From a virus: a DNA stretch of 64,000 nucleotides. The notes beneath the pieces are model-generated. The model was not told the origin of the DNA. It did not search any database and saw only the letters and a list, made by a program, of their open reading frames with translations. Location: positions 43,006 through 107,005 of IMG/VR virus record IMGVR_UViG_3300025121_000027. One strand, given 5' to 3'. Below are positions 57,090 through 64,000 of the stretch, one piece after another. A program made the translations under genes and the position numbers. Within the stretch, counting starts at the first letter, position 1. The number at the start of each line of letters is the position of its first letter.

Positions 57090-58102
57090 AATTTTTCCTT
57101 TCTATCTTTATCAATCAATAGTTTATCAATCACATTATGAACTCTTAAAGCATTACTCATGTTGCAAATAGAAGAGTATTCTTCTTTCATAAGTACTTTA
57201 TAAACGTGTTGATATAAATTCCGTAAAGAGAACTTTAAATCAGTTTCAAAGAAACAACTTGATACTCTTTCTTGAATTGATGGAAGAGAATAATAATCTC
57301 CATACGTTTCTTCTTTTTTACAAAGAGTAGTTGATATATTCAAAAAATGATTATCAAAAATCCATCTTCTCTTTCCTGTCAAAAGATGCATTTCAAAACA
57401 ATCAAACTTCCTACCGTCAACAGGAACAATAAAGATATTATCACACTTAGAATACTTCAATCTAACTGCATATGTAGGGTCTGAAGAGTTATAATCAAGA
57501 ATTGGTTTTGTATCTACAATCTCTCCTTCTATAAATGTTCCTGCTACCCAATTTAAAATGTCGATTGCATGGCTCGCATCCCTTACAAACCCCCTTGTAT
57601 AGTAAAAGACAATACTTTGAATATCATTTTCTTTCTGGATATGTTCTATTGCATATCTTATATATTGAGAAAATCTTCTTCCATAATTGACGATAACTTG
57701 AATATTAGATTCTCTACAAAGCCAATCTATTCTTGTTGCTTCATAGATATTTTGTCCTGCTGGCTTTTCAAGGATGATAACTTTAGGTAGGGTATTTGGT
57801 CCTGCATGTTGTCTTGATATTTCTTCTATCATTGCTAAGTGCGTAGAAGTAGGAGAAGCAATAACAATAACATCTGCTATCGTTTCATGAAAGCCAAGAG
57901 CGATTTTGCAATTCCATTTATCTGCTGCTCGTTCTGCTTTTACTTCATCTACATCTCTTACCCATGTAAGTTCAAAATTAGGATCAGAATAAACAGCATG
58001 GGCATGAGTCAATGGAAATTCTGTATTTGGAGAATCTAAATGATCCAGTTTTAAACCACCGATTGACCCTGCACCTATTAGACCAACGGTAAATTTATTC
58101 AT
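57086..58102 (-). CDS. Gfo/Idh/MocA-family oxidoreductase
   Basis: LIGAGSIG, IASPT.TH, EKP, VNY.RRF, SHAID. Confidence 0.88.
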   Translation of the reverse strand: MNKFTVGLIGAGSIGGLKLDHLDSPNTEFPLTHAHAVYSDPNFELTWVRDVDEVKAERAADKWNCKIALGFHETIADVIVIASPTSTHLAMIEEISRQHAGPNTLPKVIILEKPAGQNIYEATRIDWLCRESNIQVIVNYGRRFSQYIRYAIEHIQKENDIQSIVFYYTRGFVRDASHAIDILNWVAGTFIEGEIVDTKPILDYNSSDPTYAVRLKYSKCDNIFIVPVDGRKFDCFEMHLLTGKRRWIFDNHFLNISTTLCKKEETYGDYYSLPSIQERVSSCFFETDLKFSLRNLYQHVYKVLMKEEYSSICNMSNALRVHNVIDKLLIDKDRKEKL

Positions 58103-58104
58103 TT

Positions 58105-58854
58105 TTATTCTCCTGGTTGTTTTGACTGCAACTTTCTGTTGACAAGTATTTGTGGATTGTCAAGTATGAAATCTACAATTTCATCTACTGTAATTGTTTC
58201 CCATCTATTTTGAGAAACAAAATGCTCTATGAGAGTTTTGATAACTTCAAAATCTTCTTTATAGTCTAACGTCAATCTCAATCCTGGCCAATTATAAATT
58301 CCTTCTGCTGCAAGATTTTTAAATACAGTAAATTTTGGAGCTAATCTAATTAAGTTCCATCCTGTATGTTGACGAAAACTTCCATTAACTCTTTTGTTTA
58401 TTTCTTTCAATACTTCTGTATTGTATATTTGAATATCGCTACCATCAAACCATGATCTTGGATTTATATTGCTTACATGCACATCATATAAAATATGAGT
58501 TATATAGCGTTTATAAATTTCATGCAACTTATCTATTTGAAGTGGGTCTAAAAGTGGACAGTCTGAAGTAACATCAACAATAGTATCAATGTTGTAAAAC
58601 GTAGTGCAACAAATTACTCTTTGCATTACGTCTTCTTCACTACCAACAAAAAAATCAATTCCATTATCTCTACAATAATAAATTATCTCTTGACTGTTTA
58701 CAGTCGTTGCTACAATAATTTTATCTAAACACTTTGCTTGCTTAACTCTATCTATCATCCATTGAAGTATCGGCTTGCCTAAAACTTCCATCATTACTTT
58801 GCCGGGAAGTCTACTGCTGCCCATCCTCGCTTGGATTATTGCTGCTGTTGTCAA
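58105..58854 (-). CDS. Cytidylyltransferase (SpsF/PseF/NeuA family)
   Basis: IIQARMGSSRLPGKV, GSEEDV, TSDCPL.DP, RLTLDY.ED. Confidence 0.92.
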   Translation of the reverse strand: MTTAAIIQARMGSSRLPGKVMMEVLGKPILQWMIDRVKQAKCLDKIIVATTVNSQEIIYYCRDNGIDFFVGSEEDVMQRVICCTTFYNIDTIVDVTSDCPLLDPLQIDKLHEIYKRYITHILYDVHVSNINPRSWFDGSDIQIYNTEVLKEINKRVNGSFRQHTGWNLIRLAPKFTVFKNLAAEGIYNWPGLRLTLDYKEDFEVIKTLIEHFVSQNRWETITVDEIVDFILDNPQILVNRKLQSKQPGE

Positions 58855-58855
58855 T

Positions 58856-59398
58856 TTACAATCTCCTTGTAGAAGTTTTGTAAAGCATTATTTCAATAAT
58901 TAAATCTTTATCTTCATTAGATAAAGTTACTTGTCTTGCATTTATTCCGTACTCTTTAAACTTGTCTTTCCAAAAACTATCTCTTTTCTTATCGTTGCTT
59001 TCGTATTCTAATTCAAAAATAACTTCTCTAATTCCTACAGAAGCAATATTTTTTAAACAAATAATGCACGGTTCGAGAGTACAATATAAAATTGAACCAA
59101 ACGGAATTTCACTTGACTGCATTGCCATTTGATTGATAGCGTTTTGTTCTGCATGAATAGATCTACACTCTTGGTATTTTATCGATCCGCTATCATCTGG
59201 AAGTGTCAATCTTCTAAGGCAATACTTATCTCCATCATCAGTGCATTGTGGTTGACCAGGAAGACTTCCGTTGTATCCTGTTGCTAATATCCTATGGTTA
59301 AATACAATAACTGCTCCTGTTGGTCTACTATTACAACCAGAACGAGAAGCAGCAAGTTTAGCCATAGCCAAAAAGTATTTATCCCAGGATAGTCTCAT
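58856..59398 (-). CDS. dCMP deaminase
   Basis: WD.YF, ATGYNG, HAEQNA, PCIIC. Confidence 0.92.
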   Translation of the reverse strand: MRLSWDKYFLAMAKLAASRSGCNSRPTGAVIVFNHRILATGYNGSLPGQPQCTDDGDKYCLRRLTLPDDSGSIKYQECRSIHAEQNAINQMAMQSSEIPFGSILYCTLEPCIICLKNIASVGIREVIFELEYESNDKKRDSFWKDKFKEYGINARQVTLSNEDKDLIIEIMLYKTSTRRL

Positions 59399-59721
59399 TA
59401 TTGTACTAACTCCAAATTAGAATAGTTGACCAATACTGGTTTTTCTCTTTCTGAAAAAACAACAAGAGCTGCTTTAAAATATTCTTTTGGAAAAAAGATA
59501 TTGCCAACTTCATCTTCCCATTCGATAAAGCCATTTGAAAGTGTTCTATATCCAATAAACAAACCAATTCTTTCTTCGATTGGTTTTTCTTCCCATGATT
59601 TATATTTCTTTAATGGTTTGCCTGGTTTTGCTTCTCTGCGCTGCCACATTCTTTGTAAAGTACTTTTTACAATTACTTTATCGCCAAGTTTAAAATTGCT
59701 TGATCCAATAATTTTTACCAT
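59398..59721 (-). CDS. Hypothetical protein
   Basis: G.FIGYRTL.NG motif; ORF track. Confidence 0.6.
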   Translation of the reverse strand: MVKIIGSSNFKLGDKVIVKSTLQRMWQRREAKPGKPLKKYKSWEEKPIEERIGLFIGYRTLSNGFIEWEDEVGNIFFPKEYFKAALVVFSEREKPVLVNYSNLELVQ

Positions 59722-61443
59722 TTATTCTTTCCTTAAATATTCTTTCACTATATCAATTTGAAAACCATAACAGTGAAGTCCTTGACTATAAAAAGTAAGC
59801 GGCCCTGGCTCAACTCCTAATTCATTTGCAATGTATTCGTTAAGCAAAGTAAAGCCGCCCATGTTTTCTGGAAAGCCGCAATTACCAGTTATTGAGATTA
59901 AGTTGTTTCTTCGCATAACAAAATTAGTATTTTTATTATTTACACACCAAACAAAACCACTATAATTTTGTTTTTTCAAACCATTGTTATCAAAATGTTG
60001 CCTTTGAATCATAGACTCTTTTCTTTTTGAAAGATAAATTGCTCCATCGCCTTCATTTATGATAGAGTGATATCCTAATGAATAAGATAACTTTTGGAAC
60101 CATTGAAGTCTATCTTTTTTAATTGAATAAAATATTTTGTTTGTATCGCTTCTGATAGATCCGTCTGCCATAATCATGGTGTCAAACAAAGCTTTTCTGT
60201 CTTCATAAACCAAATCCAATAATTTTTCTATAGGTTCTCTTTTTGGAATTAGATTAAAAATCCATTTAGAATATTCTACAGGTATATAGAAAACATAACT
60301 TTCAACATTAATACCATTTGGATATTCCTTGTTGGCAATTTTATATTTTGTTGTTTCAACAAATCTTTCTGAAAAATTGATGTTTAATTTGTTTAAAATA
60401 TCTCTAATTTCTTTATGATATTTCTTTTTTGTTTGATATATTTCTATCGCATTGCAATCCTGTTTATAAGAAGCATCTGTCAAAACCCATCCGAGTAACG
60501 ATGCCTTGTCAGATCCTATAGACCAAGATCCTCCAAAATACGGAGCTGCTAATGGTATAAAAGATCCATCTTTTGGTTGGATTTTTTCCGCTTGAGTATA
60601 TTGATATTCTTGTATGATTCTTTTGCGTCCTGAATGCGTTACATATTTATGTAAAACTCTATGATTAGCGGTAACAAGTTGATCAACTCTTTCCGTTTTT
60701 AAATGGTACATTGTTTCATTAACAACTGGATACTTAACTATGTTTGAAATATCGCAATATTCCAGTTGCCATTTATCTAAATTTAATGAACAAACAGTAT
60801 CTTTATTTTGGTTTATTGTATTTATATTTTTCCATCCGTTGTTTGTTAATACTTCTGAATCATCACTTATGCAATACAAGTCCCATGATCGATAAATGAT
60901 ACCAAGACAAACTTTATTCTCTTTCACTTTGATATCTATACCCCTAAGGCACGGAGAAGTCCTACGTTCCGTTTCATTTTTATATGGCTTGTCATATCCA
61001 AAGTTAGTATCTGGATCGCCTACAGTAATAAAAGGATGGTTATTACCGTATCCTTTTTCTTTTAAATGCCGAATGCTCCATTCAAGTTGAGACTCGTATT
61101 TATTAGAATAAACATTTCGCACCTTGCCATTGATCCAAGTAGCGTATCTATACTCTTCATTAGTAGATAGATTAGGGTCCATAAGATAGTTGGCAAAGTA
61201 TTGCTCTATCTTTTCATCTGTAGTTGTTGGTGATACTCCTTGAGGCATAATCGGCGCAAGCGGTCTTGTATGTGGAAATTGAATAATACCAGCAGCAACA
61301 GGAAGTTCAAGTCTGTAATCTCCTTTCATACTGCCTTCTGTAATTTCATATTTAATTCCGTATTTCCAACAACAAGAAAGAAGCATGAAATATGCTTCGT
61401 CTAAAGTATTTGCATTGACAAATCCTGGCATAAATTTATCCAT
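59722..61443 (-). CDS. thyA: Thymidylate synthase (ThyA fold, short archaeal-like type) containing an intein
   Basis: SPCLR catalytic Cys; spliced RSWDLY|CGFPEN; GLHCY; 242 aa after intein removal. Confidence 0.85.
   Translation of the reverse strand: MDKFMPGFVNANTLDEAYFMLLSCCWKYGIKYEITEGSMKGDYRLELPVAAGIIQFPHTRPLAPIMPQGVSPTTTDEKIEQYFANYLMDPNLSTNEEYRYATWINGKVRNVYSNKYESQLEWSIRHLKEKGYGNNHPFITVGDPDTNFGYDKPYKNETERRTSPCLRGIDIKVKENKVCLGIIYRSWDLYCISDDSEVLTNNGWKNINTINQNKDTVCSLNLDKWQLEYCDISNIVKYPVVNETMYHLKTERVDQLVTANHRVLHKYVTHSGRKRIIQEYQYTQAEKIQPKDGSFIPLAAPYFGGSWSIGSDKASLLGWVLTDASYKQDCNAIEIYQTKKKYHKEIRDILNKLNINFSERFVETTKYKIANKEYPNGINVESYVFYIPVEYSKWIFNLIPKREPIEKLLDLVYEDRKALFDTMIMADGSIRSDTNKIFYSIKKDRLQWFQKLSYSLGYHSIINEGDGAIYLSKRKESMIQRQHFDNNGLKKQNYSGFVWCVNNKNTNFVMRRNNLISITGNCGFPENMGGFTLLNEYIANELGVEPGPLTFYSQGLHCYGFQIDIVKEYLRKE
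59881..60873 (-). mobile_element. LAGLIDADG intein (331 aa) in thymidylate synthase
   Basis: CISDDSEVLT..GWK, VTANHR, LLGWVLTDAS, DTMIMADGS, VWCV...NFV.RRN....ITGN|C. Confidence 0.9.
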
Positions 61444-61547
61444 TAACTATTCCTCTTCTTTTTCATTTCTTCATATCCTTCTTTGAAAAACCATCCTATG
61501 ATAAGTCCGCAAATAAACATTATCAAAAGTTCTTCTGTCATTTTTGT

Positions 61548-61793
61548 TTATCCTTTTTCTGTGAAGGAGTTTACCATTGCTTTGTCTAATTGGTTGCAAA
61601 GTCTATCAAGACATAAACGGCAAATAAAAACACGACTTTTGAATATATCAAACTCTCTAACATTTGGAATTTCTACAACTTGCGGAACATAACTACTACA
61701 GAAAGAACACGAAGCATTTACATTTTCAAATACGTTTGGCTCTGGTCTTGGATTTGAAATTACTTTTGCTTTACTTAGATCAATTTTATTCAA
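61548..61793 (-). CDS. ClpX-like C4 zinc-finger small protein
   Basis: CSFC...VFICRLC. Confidence 0.55.
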   Translation of the reverse strand: MNKIDLSKAKVISNPRPEPNVFENVNASCSFCSSYVPQVVEIPNVREFDIFKSRVFICRLCLDRLCNQLDKAMVNSFTEKG

Positions 61794-61828
61794 GTTATAT
61801 TCTCCTTTTAGTTTTGCTTTTCTGGTCG

Positions 61829-62443
61829 TTACGCGGCCTGCCGCGAATGTTCAGCGAGCCTCAAAAGTTCGTCCCTGAAAGCGATGGGTGTTGCGTTCGC
61901 TTCCTTCTTGCCTAAGGTCGGCTTGTTGCGATCTTTTCCACGCTGATCGTGGAAACCAATCTGATATGCGCCCATAGGGCGCGCCCATCTGAGTTCAAAC
62001 GGCGCTACCTTGCCGACGTAATAAAGCCATGTTGCCTTGTTCGCTTTGTGACCATAAGCCGACTGCCAGACCTCGCAAGTCCAACCGATACCATCAACAG
62101 ACTTCACCCACGCGCCTTTTTTTGGCTTCGTTAAACCGAAGAAATTCCAAGCATATGTTTGTGCAGGGTGCTCCAATACACCGCCGTTGATTCTTACGGC
62201 GGCAAGCGCTGCATAAAAACAGCCACCATCTAACCACGGCACGTTGTGCTTGCCTCCCCATCGAGTGAAATTCACCTTAGCCATCTTCCCCCACTTCTGG
62301 CATGGTGGATGCGCAACAACAGGATTGAATCCTACATATTTTCTTGCGTCTCTGCCCACGTCCCAAGGATCGACAAAATTGAGTCCGAAATAGACGCCAT
62401 TTTTCTCCACAAACAAAGCTGAAATCATAGGCCAGTCCTCCAT
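61829..62443 (-). CDS. Putative DNA cytosine methyltransferase-like protein
   Basis: VAHPPCQ (motif IV), VLEHP (motif VI-like), QSAYGH...K.TWL, TP..F; visibly more GC-rich than its flanks. Confidence 0.6.
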   Translation of the reverse strand: MEDWPMISALFVEKNGVYFGLNFVDPWDVGRDARKYVGFNPVVAHPPCQKWGKMAKVNFTRWGGKHNVPWLDGGCFYAALAAVRINGGVLEHPAQTYAWNFFGLTKPKKGAWVKSVDGIGWTCEVWQSAYGHKANKATWLYYVGKVAPFELRWARPMGAYQIGFHDQRGKDRNKPTLGKKEANATPIAFRDELLRLAEHSRQAA

Positions 62444-62747
62444 ATCATTACTATACCTTTAATTTCTCCTTCTACCTACGAAGCAAAGTTCGCAGGTAGG
62501 TAGAGCATTATAGGCACATCAGCCGGTCGCTCTGAATCTTCATATATGAAGATTATAGTTTGCGAAGAAGAGCGGAGCCCGATCAAGGGCCAGTGTCACC
62601 TTGCGGCTCCATATGTATTCTATACTATTAATCTTACCCCTCCTATTTAATGGATTTTGAAATCGTTTGGTTGGCTTTTACCAACCGCGTTTCATAAAGC
62701 ACCTCCATCGTTTGTCAATGAGCGATTAATCATATGGTATACAGCTT

Positions 62748-62776
62748 ATTATAATAAGATTTTTTGAAAAAATAAA
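62748..62776 (-). promoter_or_regulatory. Conserved promoter, copy 4
   Basis: TTTATT-N17-TATAAT. Confidence 0.75.
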
Positions 62777-62786
62777 AGACGATTGG

Positions 62787-63413
62787 CTATTTTTTGACGT
62801 AGCTTTTATCAAGCTTTTTATCTATATGGAAAACTTTATCTCCTGCCTCACACAATATATCATTTTGTGTAACGATAATAATTTGCAAGCTAAGTTTTTC
62901 GCTTATCTCTTTTACCATTTTAGCCGCTCGTTTATGCAGATTGCCAGCAGCAGAATTAAGATGGCGAAATGGTTCATCGAATAAAAAGCAATTCATTTTC
63001 TTTGGTTCTTCTAAAGACCATAGGGTTGGCCGAAGCGCAAAAGATGCCACATCTACAATACCAAAACCAGTCCCATACATCGGTCTTCTTTCTTTGCCAT
63101 CTTTAACAAACAAAGGAGATGCTTCTGTTCTGCCTCTTTTAATATCGAATCTGAGTTTTAATTCATATGCATCTTCTCGAAAGATGGCTGTCATAGCAAG
63201 AGAAGCTAATTCGTTCAATCTAAATTCTAACAAAGATTGAGTTTGAAGTGCTATCAACTGGATTATAGTTTGTGCTTTTTGACAGTTTATCAAATGCTCT
63301 TTGTTTTTCTCTATTGATATCTTATAACTTTTTACTTGCTCTAATATAGCATCTCTTTTTCCTTTTGCTCTATCTAATTTAGACCTTAGCCTTGAAGTTG
63401 AATCGTATCCCAT
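62787..63413 (-). CDS. SbcC/Rad50-like ATPase, C-terminal half
   Basis: Coiled coil, signature-like TGFG..DVASFALR, Walker B FLFDEPF, IIIVTQ; no Walker A. Confidence 0.8.
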   Translation of the reverse strand: MGYDSTSRLRSKLDRAKGKRDAILEQVKSYKISIEKNKEHLINCQKAQTIIQLIALQTQSLLEFRLNELASLAMTAIFREDAYELKLRFDIKRGRTEASPLFVKDGKERRPMYGTGFGIVDVASFALRPTLWSLEEPKKMNCFLFDEPFRHLNSAAGNLHKRAAKMVKEISEKLSLQIIIVTQNDILCEAGDKVFHIDKKLDKSYVKK

Positions 63414-63649
63414 GAATACTTCCTCTCAAGAGATTGAACACCATTTTCAAATTTGACTTCAAGTTTTTTTAACGATGCTTCTTTTTCGTCTATTAGTTTA
63501 GATAATTGTTCTACTGTTTTTATCTTATCTCTTTTTTCAAGGTCTTGCATAATAGCAGATAAAGCACCTTCTGCTCTGGACTTTGCAGTATCGGCTTTAT
63601 CAACTACAGATTTCATCTTAAGAAGTTTTTCTGCTAATTTGTTATCCAT
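63386..63649 (-). CDS. Small coiled-coil protein
   Basis: RAEG...M..L.......VE.....I; overlaps the SbcC-like gene. Confidence 0.6.
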   Translation of the reverse strand: MDNKLAEKLLKMKSVVDKADTAKSRAEGALSAIMQDLEKRDKIKTVEQLSKLIDEKEASLKKLEVKFENGVQSLERKYSWDTIQLQG

Positions 63650-63660
63650 TATTATTTCCT

Positions 63661-63882
63661 TTATTTAAAAACAATATCTACAATCTTCTGTTGTATTTCA
63701 TGTCTTGCTCTGGATTCTGCAATATACAAAGTAGCATCTGCTATATTTCCTTCTGCCGAGATAACTCCTTTAATCATTTTAATGGCATCGACAATAGGTT
63801 TTATATCTTCTTCTTTTAATCCCTTTTCAATTGCTACTGTTACAGAATGATATTTATTACTCATTGTTGCATCCACCTCCAT
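63661..63882 (-). CDS. Hypothetical protein (true start probably 63864)
   Basis: I..AI.MIKGV motif; ATGA overlap with an upstream ORF that runs off the window. Confidence 0.55.
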   Translation of the reverse strand: MEVDATMSNKYHSVTVAIEKGLKEEDIKPIVDAIKMIKGVISAEGNIADATLYIAESRARHEIQQKIVDIVFK

Positions 63883-64000
63883 ATAATATTTTTTACATTA
63901 TCTTCTGTCTTATTCGCATTTGTATGCTCTTGCATATTCTTTCTAAAATTTAATTTAATGGAGTAATCCATTTTCATCGAATCGATATAAGTATCTATTC

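Noticed and set aside
62510-62612. Fluoride riboswitch or HDV-like ribozyme
   Set aside because: The GCUGAUG..CCUA 3' end is suggestive, but the matching 5' pseudoknot strand and the P3/L3 consensus are missing; kept only as an unclassified structure

Overview
This window is part of an AT-rich tailed-phage genome (myovirus: HK97-type head, Mu-like contractile tail) arranged as two convergent arms that meet at a bidirectional terminator near 40.34 kb. The + arm (192-40289) is the virion module. It has a terminase large subunit fractured by a split intein with a GIY-YIG nuclease gene between the halves, a block of signal-peptide-bearing adhesin-like genes inserted between terminase and portal, an intein-containing portal, and head, neck, sheath, tube, baseplate and fibre genes. 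The - arm (40378-64000) holds a Maf-type glycosyltransferase, a pseudaminic-acid-like (nonulosonate) pathway, dCMP deaminase, an intein-containing thymidylate synthase and a probable methyltransferase. The most striking locus is 46.98-50.53 kb (- strand): a divergent Ro60/TROVE-like vWA gene preceded by a promoter/boxA-led array of four Y-RNA-like ncRNAs. These share one covarying two-stem scaffold but carry different cargo: an fMet-like tRNA, an empty hairpin, a circularly permuted CUA-anticodon tRNA, and a UCC-anticodon tRNA with a truncated acceptor stem. The locus also has two enlarged tRNA-like RNAs, an apparent 8/4-fold tRNA-Pro and a normal tRNA-Arg. All protein calls are motif recognition by eye and all RNA structures were paired by hand; no searches were run.
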